Below, piece after piece: positions 22,059-29,361 of a stretch of DNA of 35,808 bases. The stretch is from Dehalococcoidia bacterium (GTDB taxonomy: Bacteria > Chloroflexota > Dehalococcoidia > SZUA-161): NCBI GenBank assembly GCA_035529555.1, contig DATKWL010000025.1, positions 1 through 35,808 on the forward strand, written 5' to 3'. Each line of letters begins with the position of its first letter. Positions within the stretch are counted from its first letter, which is position 1. The position numbers were made by a program, and so were the translations under genes. The notes below the pieces were generated by a model that saw nothing but the letters and a program-made list of their open reading frames with translations, searched no databases and was not told the origin of the DNA.

Positions 22059-22400
22059 ATGGCACAGGTATCGTTTATTTACAGGTTGCCCAATATGTTA
22101 TCCCTGCTCAACCTGGTGCCCGAAGAGAATCGTCCCCGAGATGACCAGCTCGCGCTGTTCTGGCAAATTGTGGCGCGGGAACTAGCCGAGCTAATACGAT
22201 ACGCGGCCTCTGCGAAACAGCCGGAAATCTGTTTCTCTGAGGGGCGGCAAGGCGGCGAGCAGTACCTCTGGGAGTTCTGGGTTAACGATCTGTCCTCGCC
22301 GGTGCAGAATCAGTACAACTTTCATGGGCAGAACACATCCCAATGGCTGTATGCGGGAGGGATAGTGCTGCAAAACGGAAGGGTCAGTGCGCACCACTAA
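22059..22400 (+). CDS. Hypothetical protein (113 aa)
   Basis: AAGGAGGT lies upstream of the ATG. ORF track. Confidence 0.6.
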   Translation: MAQVSFIYRLPNMLSLLNLVPEENRPRDDQLALFWQIVARELAELIRYAASAKQPEICFSEGRQGGEQYLWEFWVNDLSSPVQNQYNFHGQNTSQWLYAGGIVLQNGRVSAHH

Positions 22401-22421
22401 ACTGCAGGAAGGAGGTGACCG

Positions 22422-22709
22422 ATGCAGTCGACAAAGTTCTCGCTCGGTCAGGTTGTGGTGACCGCCGCTGTGAATGTGGCGATCGCAGATGACCCCGCGA
22501 TTGCCAAGCTGGTGCCCCAGCTCATAGCGCGGCATCATGCTGGAGACTGGGGAGACCTTGAGCCGTGCGACAAGAAGGAGAATGAGTTCTCCCTGACGCG
22601 CAAGCTGCGGTTATTCTCATCGTATAACATACCCGGTGACAAGAAGATCTGGATTATCACGGAAGCAGACCGCAGCTCCACCTGCGTCCTGTTCCCCAAA
22701 GATTACTAG
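22422..22709 (+). CDS. Conserved plasmid/phage-associated small protein (95 aa)
   Basis: AAGGAGGTG lies upstream. The pattern RHHAGDWGDL...ENE....LRLFSSY...KIWIITEADRSSTCVLFPKDY matches a family I recall from plasmids and ICEs. I do not know its family name or function. Confidence 0.6.
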   Translation: MQSTKFSLGQVVVTAAVNVAIADDPAIAKLVPQLIARHHAGDWGDLEPCDKKENEFSLTRKLRLFSSYNIPGDKKIWIITEADRSSTCVLFPKDY

Positions 22710-22803
22710 CAAGATAGCAGTAACCTAGGCTGCCGAACAGGACGCAAGTTTACCTCTTACGCCCTGTCGAGACCCTAGGAACAATACCAGGAAGGAGGTG
22801 AGA

Positions 22804-23115
22804 ATGGCTGAGAAATCCGAGTCAACGAGTTACAAGAAGCATGCTGCAGCAACGAAAGACCGGGATAAGCTGCTCCAGGACCTCGCCAAATGGCTTGATG
22901 TGAATACTATCGCCGAGGCAATCGTCGACCGCATGGAGATAGAAGAGGTCGAGGTAAATCTCGAGGCCGCCAAGACGGTCTGGGAGTCCGTTCTGGAGGT
23001 CGAGATGAACGATGTCCTCGAGTCCCGTGTTCAGGAGCTCCTTGACAATGAGAAGCTGAAGCCCGCAGTTCCGATAGAACAGGCTGCCAGTGCCAAACCG
23101 AAATGGCAATTTTAG
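22804..23115 (+). CDS. Acidic hypothetical protein (103 aa)
   Basis: AAGGAGGTG lies 4 nt upstream of ATG 22804 (the track starts at GTG 22798). Confidence 0.6.
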   Translation: MAEKSESTSYKKHAAATKDRDKLLQDLAKWLDVNTIAEAIVDRMEIEEVEVNLEAAKTVWESVLEVEMNDVLESRVQELLDNEKLKPAVPIEQAASAKPKWQF

Positions 23116-23149
23116 TCCAGCTCTAACTGGATTTTAGGGAGGTGAAAAA

Positions 23150-23524
23150 GTGGCTCGTAAATTTATCGTAGACGGGAGAGAGTTCCCAGACCCGGATCCT
23201 AGCAAGTCGCCGGAGGAAGTCAGGCGCATGATGACCGACTTCTTCCCCGAGCTGTCCACCGCGACCACGCAGGAGCACAAGCAGGGTGATGATACCGCCT
23301 ATGAATTCATCAGGCGGACCGGCACAAAGGGTCGCAAGGGCAGCAAGTCTGTACCAATACACTGTGCGGTTTGCGCAACAGACAAGAACATCGCCTGCCC
23401 CCGAGATGTAGATGCTCAGTGTGCCCACTGCGGCGGGTACTTCTGTGGTGGCCATATCGGCGGCCACCTGAAGTCTGTCCACTGCGTTAGCCTGGACCTC
23501 GATTACGTCACCAGAAAGGACTAG
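23150..23524 (+). CDS. Ubiquitin-like (PRTRC protein C-type) domain fused to a C-terminal Cys/His-rich extension (124 aa)
   Basis: GGGAGGTG lies 5 nt upstream of the GTG start. Residues 1-61 read ..RKFIVDGREFPDPDPSKSPEEVRRMMTDFFPELSTA....YEFIRRTGTKG, like the small PRTRC Ub-like proteins that end in GTKG. Residues 62-124 carry about 10 Cys/His. Confidence 0.6.
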   Translation: MARKFIVDGREFPDPDPSKSPEEVRRMMTDFFPELSTATTQEHKQGDDTAYEFIRRTGTKGRKGSKSVPIHCAVCATDKNIACPRDVDAQCAHCGGYFCGGHIGGHLKSVHCVSLDLDYVTRKD

Positions 23525-23528
23525 GCTG

Positions 23529-23750
23529 ATGGAAAAGTACATCGAGGCGCTTCAAAAGCTGCCACTATGTCGCCCCGCAGTCATTGGCCTGGCGTGGAAA
23601 TTCACCAGGCCCGATGGCAGCCTGGATGAGGATCTCATGAGCTTTCACATCGAGGAGATCCGCGAGGCCGGGCAAGAGGCGCGGGCTATCGTTAACTCTA
23701 CCAGAGAGGCGGTAAGGTTGCTATGGCGATTGCAGCGCTCGACCAGCTAA
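23529..23750 (+). CDS. Hypothetical protein (73 aa)
   Basis: ORF track. It starts 2 nt after the upstream stop, inside the cassette. Confidence 0.5.
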   Translation: MEKYIEALQKLPLCRPAVIGLAWKFTRPDGSLDEDLMSFHIEEIREAGQEARAIVNSTREAVRLLWRLQRSTS

Positions 23751-24904
23751 GCCGTAAGCTAGTAAGCCTCGCATCTCCGCCCTCGCTGCCGGACCTTGAA
23801 ACCATTCTCTGCAGCGCGGAAGACTACAGGGCATTCATGCGCATAGTGCGTGAGTTTTTGCCCGAGATAGAGGATGACGTGCGCAGGGCGGGGTCACCGC
23901 CAGATAAGATGGCAGTTTTCGCCACCGCCTTTGAACGCCGGTACTTTCCTCTGCATCCCTCGTTCCAGGATGGGGCAACTGAGGCGTACGACCAGCTGGT
24001 ACGCATGATTCCCGTCATGGTCCTTAGTACGGATTGGGATGATTACCATACCATAGCCGAAGATAGCTGGCAGGCGGGACTGCAGCTGGCGACCTATCTG
24101 CTGGCCGATCCCTATGGTGAGGTGTCGAGAGGTTCACGTACTCCCCTGGCGGAGACATGCGCCCACCATGTTCACCGGCATCTCCTGAGGCGTGTTCCTG
24201 AAGCAGGGCTGGGGAACGAAGAGGTGCACAAGCTGCTTGACGGCACAAAATTCGAGGCGCTGGCCACCTGGTCGGATATGCTGGGCATGTGCTGCGGTAA
24301 TGCATTTACAGATAATTCCGCAGAGCAGGCATTCACGCCTTGCCCAGCCCTTGATTGGACCCGGGAAAATATTGATGCGCTCACGCAGCAATGGCTACAG
24401 GCGGAGGTCATACAAAACAAAACGAACAACCTGTTCGCCTGGATCGAGGAAGATCCGACAGGTCACCTGACGGAGCTTCTCGACTTTATAGACGACAGGC
24501 GCCGGGAGCTGGGCAAAAAGCCTATGAAGCCCTCCCGTGTTCCCAAGTTCAAACCGCGAGCTTCGGACATAAAGTGGGTGCAGGACCTGGTGAGGCAAAT
24601 AAGCATGGGCGGCGTATGGGTAGCCCCTGCAGGCTTCGAGTTCCAGAAGGTGGGGGAGCGGGAGATAAAGCTCACCAGGGCCAGCAAGGACCCCAGGCAG
24701 CACGCTGACGCCATGGAGTTGATTAACCGAACAGTTGCCTGTGGCAAGGCAGGACGTATCAAGGTAAATATCGATGACTTGGAAAAAATTCTGAAGGGAG
24801 GTAAGCATGACGCTGACGCAGGAACCACAAGCGCTCCAGTGGCAACTGCCAGAGAAATTGGAAGTGCAGCCCGACCAGCTCAAGGTCAGGCTAGACTTCT
24901 ATGA
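23723..24904 (+). CDS. Large cassette protein (393 aa); possibly a PRTRC protein F-type component
   Basis: ORF track. Size and position inside the Ubl/E2/JAB/E1 cassette are the only support. Its 3' end overlaps the next gene by 98 nt. Confidence 0.55.
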   Translation: MAIAALDQLSRKLVSLASPPSLPDLETILCSAEDYRAFMRIVREFLPEIEDDVRRAGSPPDKMAVFATAFERRYFPLHPSFQDGATEAYDQLVRMIPVMVLSTDWDDYHTIAEDSWQAGLQLATYLLADPYGEVSRGSRTPLAETCAHHVHRHLLRRVPEAGLGNEEVHKLLDGTKFEALATWSDMLGMCCGNAFTDNSAEQAFTPCPALDWTRENIDALTQQWLQAEVIQNKTNNLFAWIEEDPTGHLTELLDFIDDRRRELGKKPMKPSRVPKFKPRASDIKWVQDLVRQISMGGVWVAPAGFEFQKVGEREIKLTRASKDPRQHADAMELINRTVACGKAGRIKVNIDDLEKILKGGKHDADAGTTSAPVATAREIGSAARPAQGQARLL

Positions 24905-25532
24905 GAGCTGTGTAGTAGCCCACTTCTGCGGCAATGGTGTAATCAGCAGTCGCACAGTATCAGCGCAGGACGTGGCTCTAGCTTTGCTGGGTGAAACCAA
25001 CCTGCTGAGCGGGCTGCTGCCGCGCGATACCCTCTGCTGGGGCCCGGGCGAGATTGCGATGTGGGTCGAGCCGCGCGTCTGGCCGGTGGCGCTCATGACC
25101 GAGCCATTCCAGCCCCCGCAGCGGCTGAAGTTGCCCATGCCCGGGCTGATCTTCATCTGCCGCCCTGGGCAGCCACCCAGGGTGTATGCTGCCAAGCGGC
25201 GCCCGTCAGACATGGAGGCCATAATCTATCATGCACCGCTGTTCAATGTCTATAACGACGGGCGGAGCTGCGCCGGCAATAACAAGTACCCGGACAAGCT
25301 CGAGGAGATTCCCAAGGCCTTCTTCCTCAGCTTCTTCAGCATAGTGAGCGACTCGGCGAAGCGGTCGAAGAAGTACCCCGATAGCCTGATGAAGTTATGG
25401 CTCGAGCTTAACGGCAAGACCAAATACCCGATGGATGACCTTGTGCCCCTGGTGCGGCTCAAGGACGTAATCGGCAACAAGACCAGCGTTTTAATCCCGG
25501 ATATCATTGCCAACCTCGAGAATGAGGGGTAA
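24807..25532 (+). CDS. E2/UBC-like protein (PRTRC protein B-type, 241 aa)
   Basis: GGGAGGT lies 5 nt upstream of the ATG. The segment IYHAPLFNVYNDGRSCAG gives His..Asn-x7-Cys, the HPN..C spacing of E2 active sites. LPMPGLIF, YAAKRRP and FFLSFFS blocks match my memory of prokaryotic E2 family B. Confidence 0.6.
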   Translation: MTLTQEPQALQWQLPEKLEVQPDQLKVRLDFYESCVVAHFCGNGVISSRTVSAQDVALALLGETNLLSGLLPRDTLCWGPGEIAMWVEPRVWPVALMTEPFQPPQRLKLPMPGLIFICRPGQPPRVYAAKRRPSDMEAIIYHAPLFNVYNDGRSCAGNNKYPDKLEEIPKAFFLSFFSIVSDSAKRSKKYPDSLMKLWLELNGKTKYPMDDLVPLVRLKDVIGNKTSVLIPDIIANLENEG

Positions 25533-25552
25533 AGGCTATAGAGGATAAGTAG

Positions 25553-26119
25553 GTGATGGGAAACGTCGGATATCGTTACTTCACTGACCATGGGCTGGTG
25601 GGCGAGCCAGGCCTGTATTATGACTATATCGTGGGCGGAAACGGGCTGTTTATCCGTGCCGGCAATCGCTTCATTAACGCTACTGTCTGCATTGGCCATG
25701 CCAAGATCAGAGGCCTCCAGCCGATACGCCCGCTGGTGGTTTTGAAGCAGGGCAAGATTCCCTGGGGCATCTACCATGAGGCGATACGGATACTGATGGC
25801 AGACGCCCTGTGCGAGCACTACCTGGCCGTGGTGTGGACGGACGGCTATCAGCTGGTCCATCCGCAGCAACTGGGTACCGAGGCTTCATGTATGTATGAG
25901 CGTGTGCCCGATACCGTGATGGAGATCCACAGTCACGGCCTGATGAGCCCATTCTTCAGCGGCATAGATAATGCCGATGAGCAGAGCATGGCTATCTATG
26001 CCGTGGTAGGCGGACTCGACCGATTCATACCTGACGTTAATCTGCGTATCGGTCTATATGGTTATTACGACAGGCTAAATCATAATGAGGTGTTTGGAGA
26101 TGTACAAGCTGTCAAATAA
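25553..26119 (+). CDS. JAB/MPN (JAMM) metallopeptidase (PRTRC protein A-type, 188 aa)
   Basis: Complete JAMM motif: an upstream Glu (LCEHY), then EIHSHGLMSPFFSGIDNADE, which is HxH-x7-S-x2-D. The start may be GTG 25553 or ATG 25556. Confidence 0.85.
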   Translation: MMGNVGYRYFTDHGLVGEPGLYYDYIVGGNGLFIRAGNRFINATVCIGHAKIRGLQPIRPLVVLKQGKIPWGIYHEAIRILMADALCEHYLAVVWTDGYQLVHPQQLGTEASCMYERVPDTVMEIHSHGLMSPFFSGIDNADEQSMAIYAVVGGLDRFIPDVNLRIGLYGYYDRLNHNEVFGDVQAVK

Positions 26120-26900
26120 CTGGCGCGGCAATTACCCAAGAGATGATTACAGAATTGCGGTCATCGGGTGTGGCGGCACGGGCGGCTTTGTCGCTGAAGG
26201 CCTGTGCCGGATGCTCCCTGACCATCTGGTGGTCATGCTTATTGACCCTGACCGTGTTGATGAGCGGAATCTGGTGAGGCAGAATTTCTATGCCGGCGAG
26301 CTGGGGCAGTTCAAGAGCCAGGCACTGGCTAAGCGCCTGAGCCAGAAGTTCAACCGCCGCATCGCCTATTTCACCAGCCCGATATCCATGCTCGAGGCTT
26401 TTCCCGACGTAATAATCGGCTGCGTGGATAACGGGCCTGCTCGTCGCGATATTGCAGATAAGATAACCCGGAAATATAACCCGTTCGGCATGTTCCGCGG
26501 CTGGTGGGTTGATTCAGGAAATGAAAGGAATTTCGGGCAGGTGCTCATCGGCAATCACCCTGCTAGCGGGCTTGAAGAGAGTTTTGAAACAAAGCGTGAG
26601 ATATGCTTGGCGCTTCCGCTGCCCACGGAGCAGCGACCGGAGCTTTTGCTGACGCTGCCGGCGGCGCCCGCATGCGCCGATATGGATGAGCAGGGCCCGG
26701 TGATAAACCAGTGCATGGCATCGTTGGTGCTCGAGGTGGTGTGGCGTATCCTTGTGGGCACTTGCTCCTGGATGCAGCTCAACCTCGATATGGAGATGGG
26801 CACGCTCGCGCCTGTGCTGGCAACTCCCGAGAATGTATCAGCAATAACGGGGATAAAGGTCAAGAGTCTAACTTTTGTTGAAAGTAAAGGAAGGAGGTGA
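26100..26900 (+). CDS. ThiF/MoeB/E1-like adenylyltransferase (PRTRC ThiF-family protein, 266 aa)
   Basis: Rossmann loop IAVIGCGGTGGFVAEGL, then LIDPDRVDERNLVRQNF and IIGCVDNGPARRDI. ATG 26100 is preferred over 26085 because GAGGTG lies 10 nt upstream. The gene overlaps the JAB gene. Confidence 0.85.
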   Translation: MYKLSNNWRGNYPRDDYRIAVIGCGGTGGFVAEGLCRMLPDHLVVMLIDPDRVDERNLVRQNFYAGELGQFKSQALAKRLSQKFNRRIAYFTSPISMLEAFPDVIIGCVDNGPARRDIADKITRKYNPFGMFRGWWVDSGNERNFGQVLIGNHPASGLEESFETKREICLALPLPTEQRPELLLTLPAAPACADMDEQGPVINQCMASLVLEVVWRILVGTCSWMQLNLDMEMGTLAPVLATPENVSAITGIKVKSLTFVESKGRR

Positions 26901-26903
26901 GTC

Positions 26904-27200
26904 ATGGCTTCAGCGGAAATTAAAATCGTAATCGTGCTGAAGGAGAACCGCGCCTCGGTGGGCATACAGGCGCCCGAGTGTGACCCTATCATCTCAACGC
27001 TCGAGGGCGACCTGGTAACCGTTTGCGGCGAGCTGCCCGCGCTGGTAGCCCAGGCAGAGCAGAAGTGGAGCGAAAGCCCGCGTTTTGCCAAGGCTGTTAT
27101 AGTCGAGCCGCCCGCGTCGGTTCCCGCCGTCACAGCCACTGGTGGGTCCCCCAGAGCCCCCAAGCCCGCAGCCCCAGCGGTCAAGCCCACCTGGTTCTAA
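26904..27200 (+). CDS. Small protein with a Pro/Ala-rich tail (98 aa); possibly PRTRC protein E-type
   Basis: GGAGGTGAG lies upstream of the ATG. It is the last gene of the cassette. The family assignment rests on position and composition only. Confidence 0.55.
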   Translation: MASAEIKIVIVLKENRASVGIQAPECDPIISTLEGDLVTVCGELPALVAQAEQKWSESPRFAKAVIVEPPASVPAVTATGGSPRAPKPAAPAVKPTWF

Positions 27201-27208
27201 CTTCAGAT

Positions 27209-27270
27209 GGTCACCTTGGTTTACTAAGGTTTACTAAGGTCACCCTGGTTGGCATATTTTCTGGCATATT
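27209..27270. repeat. Cluster of three pairs of short direct repeats (iteron-like)
   Basis: GGTCACC[TC]TGGTT at 27209 and 27238, tandem TTACTAAGGT x2 at 27221..27240, and TGGCATATT at 27250 and 27262. Confidence 0.7.
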
Positions 27271-27290
27271 AGGTAACTGATTTTGTGTAA

Positions 27291-27314
27291 AAAAGCGGGT
27301 TAGGCTCCGCTTTT
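27291..27314 (+). terminator. Hairpin terminator after the cassette
   Basis: Stem AAAAGCGG/CCGCTTTT with an 8-nt loop. The T tract is part of the stem, so the hairpin could terminate in both directions. Confidence 0.5.
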
Positions 27315-27351
27315 GTGGTAAGAATTATGCCCTGGAAAGGAGGTGAGAAAG

Positions 27352-28707
27352 ATGAAAATACAGGTGCTGAAACTCCGTAATGCCCTGGGTTTGCTTGAGG
27401 GGTTGGCTACCGTTAAATCCGCCAGGACAAAAGCGACTGCTAAATCGGGTAAAGGAGGGAGAAAGTCGACGAAGACAACCTTTAAACCTCAAATCTACCC
27501 GGTGCTGAGCAATGTCCTGTTACAGGATGGCATGGCAATAGCAACCGACCTTGAGATCGGGGTAACTGTGGCATTGGATGAGGTTGTCGGTCAATACCTG
27601 CTGCCATATCGAGAGGTGTCTAAGCTTCTTCGATATGTTCCAGGCAACGAGGAGGTGGAGATTGCTATGATGGGACATAGCCTATCGTTGAGCTGGGAGG
27701 GCGGCAGTGCTAATTACCAGGCCGATGACCCTGCAGAATACCCGGTATTGCCGCAGATAAACCCGGTAATAAAATGTGCCGTATCGGCTGACATACTGAC
27801 GCCTGCACTCGTGTCCATGCTGGACTATTGCTCTGACGAACAGGAAAGGCCAGTGCTGACCGGCGTGAGCCTTTTCTTGGGCACACAGCTTGAACTGGCT
27901 GCCGGTGATGGGAACCGCATGGCGTACAAGACGTTGCCGATATCCATACCACCGGCTGACGGTCTTAAGACAGTCATCCTGCCCCAGAGGGTGGTGAAAA
28001 CCATGGAACTCCTGTGGAAGAAGGCGCCCAGGCCAATACCAGAGGATACCTCGGTGATAGATATAGCCTCTATGGTAGCCACCAAGGGGCCGATGGAATT
28101 GGAGCTGAGCCCGATACTGATAAGGGTTCAGTTCGGCATAGTGACATTGTTGGCCAAGACAATCACGGGCACGCCGCCAAACTTCAAACAACTCATACCC
28201 TCTTCCGGTAGCTCTCAGTTCAATTCTGTGAACATCTATGCAGCGGACCTCGAGATAGCGCTGCGCCGCATTATGGGAGCTGTTGAAGTTGGAGAGGCCG
28301 CGGCGGTGCGTATGGAATGGGACAATGGCAAGATGAAGCTTGCCACGGGCTATCTGGAGAACCGCATTGAAGTCTCTATGCCCGTGGGTACTTCCAATGG
28401 TGCGGGACGGGTTGCCCTTGACTTCAAATACCTCATGGAATACATCAAGGGCAAAGCGGGGTTGATAACCATGGACGTATCAACGCAGACCAACCCTGTT
28501 CTCTTCCGGCATAGCAACTCGCCGCTTGTCTGTATCATGCCCATGAACGTAAGCTGGCCAGGCGACCCCGTGGCAGAAACTAAAGCCGAGACAGTACAGG
28601 AAACTACAGCAGCACAGAAATCCGAGGAAACCAATGCAGAGGAGCCTGAGGACGAGACCGCCGAAGATGAAGACAAATCCGCAGAGGGAGAAGGGGCTGC
28701 TGCCTAG
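27352..28707 (+). CDS. dnaN: DNA polymerase III beta (DnaN)-like sliding clamp with a basic insertion and acidic C-terminal tail (451 aa)
   Basis: AAGGAGGTG lies 6 nt upstream of the ATG. The N-terminus MKIQVLKLRNALGLL....YPVLSNVLLQDGMAIATDLEIGVTVAL parallels the PILGNLLL..G.L.LTGTDLEME region of bacterial DnaN. The length fits three clamp domains plus a tail. Confidence 0.75.
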   Translation: MKIQVLKLRNALGLLEGLATVKSARTKATAKSGKGGRKSTKTTFKPQIYPVLSNVLLQDGMAIATDLEIGVTVALDEVVGQYLLPYREVSKLLRYVPGNEEVEIAMMGHSLSLSWEGGSANYQADDPAEYPVLPQINPVIKCAVSADILTPALVSMLDYCSDEQERPVLTGVSLFLGTQLELAAGDGNRMAYKTLPISIPPADGLKTVILPQRVVKTMELLWKKAPRPIPEDTSVIDIASMVATKGPMELELSPILIRVQFGIVTLLAKTITGTPPNFKQLIPSSGSSQFNSVNIYAADLEIALRRIMGAVEVGEAAAVRMEWDNGKMKLATGYLENRIEVSMPVGTSNGAGRVALDFKYLMEYIKGKAGLITMDVSTQTNPVLFRHSNSPLVCIMPMNVSWPGDPVAETKAETVQETTAAQKSEETNAEEPEDETAEDEDKSAEGEGAAA

Positions 28708-28717
28708 CAAGTAATTA

Positions 28718-28743
28718 GAGGGCTGGGAACGCCCCCAGCCCTC
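28718..28743 (+). terminator. GC-rich hairpin after the clamp gene
   Basis: Perfect 10-bp stem GAGGGCTGGG/CCCAGCCCTC with a 6-nt loop. The T tract that follows is poor. Confidence 0.4.
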
Positions 28744-28758
28744 GCTCCTTTGAGGTCA

Positions 28759-29361
28759 ATGATGAAAACAACGGTCTGCCGTGGCTGCCCTCGACGTTTT
28801 CGGCAGAGAAAACGCGGGCGGCAATGGTACTGCAAGGCATGCCGCCTCAAGCGCCAAAAAAAGGATCGCAAGCACAGAGCACATAAAAGGATGGCGCGCT
28901 ACTACAGGCGGCTGCGCCGTGGTCTTTGCCCTGAGTGTGGGGGCTGGCGTGATGGCGAAGGGATACAGTGCCGGCAGTGCCGGGAACAGAACAAAAACGC
29001 ACAGAGGCGTTGCATAACGAGCCCGAGGAGAGCCAGATACATGCGCCGTCTCCTCAAGCGCAGGCGCAGGGAGGGCATGTGCGCCTATTGCGGGCGGGAA
29101 ATTGACGAACCCGGGTACCGGATGTGCTCTAAATGCCGCAAGCATGGCAGGGATTATTACTACATACCTGAGGTGCATGAGAAGGTCAGGCTTTATGCCA
29201 AGGATCACTACCATCATGAGCCTGTCCCTATCTGCAAGGTATGCGGTTGTCCCCACCTTCGCTGCGACCGCTGCCAGAAATTTATGAAGGCGACTCATGG
29301 CAATGATAGGTGTATCTGGACCTGCAGGTGTGGCATCGAGAAAACATTTCGAGGTCCTTGA
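28759..29361 (+). CDS. Highly basic protein with three zinc-ribbon plus Arg-rich-helix repeats and a C-terminal Cys cluster (200 aa)
   Basis: Three CxxC-x10-14-CxxC units are each followed by an Arg-rich stretch (RYYRRLRR, RYMRRLLKRRRR, or KHGRDYYY). The start is ATG 28759 or 28762. Confidence 0.7.
   Translation: MMKTTVCRGCPRRFRQRKRGRQWYCKACRLKRQKKDRKHRAHKRMARYYRRLRRGLCPECGGWRDGEGIQCRQCREQNKNAQRRCITSPRRARYMRRLLKRRRREGMCAYCGREIDEPGYRMCSKCRKHGRDYYYIPEVHEKVRLYAKDHYHHEPVPICKVCGCPHLRCDRCQKFMKATHGNDRCIWTCRCGIEKTFRGP

Noticed and set aside
13755-24904. Long same-strand overlaps (80 nt at 13755..13834, 98 nt at 24807..24904) as programmed frameshift sites.
   Set aside because: The downstream genes have their own strong SD and ATG inside the overlap. 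I saw no slippery heptamer, so these are better treated as ordinary overlaps.
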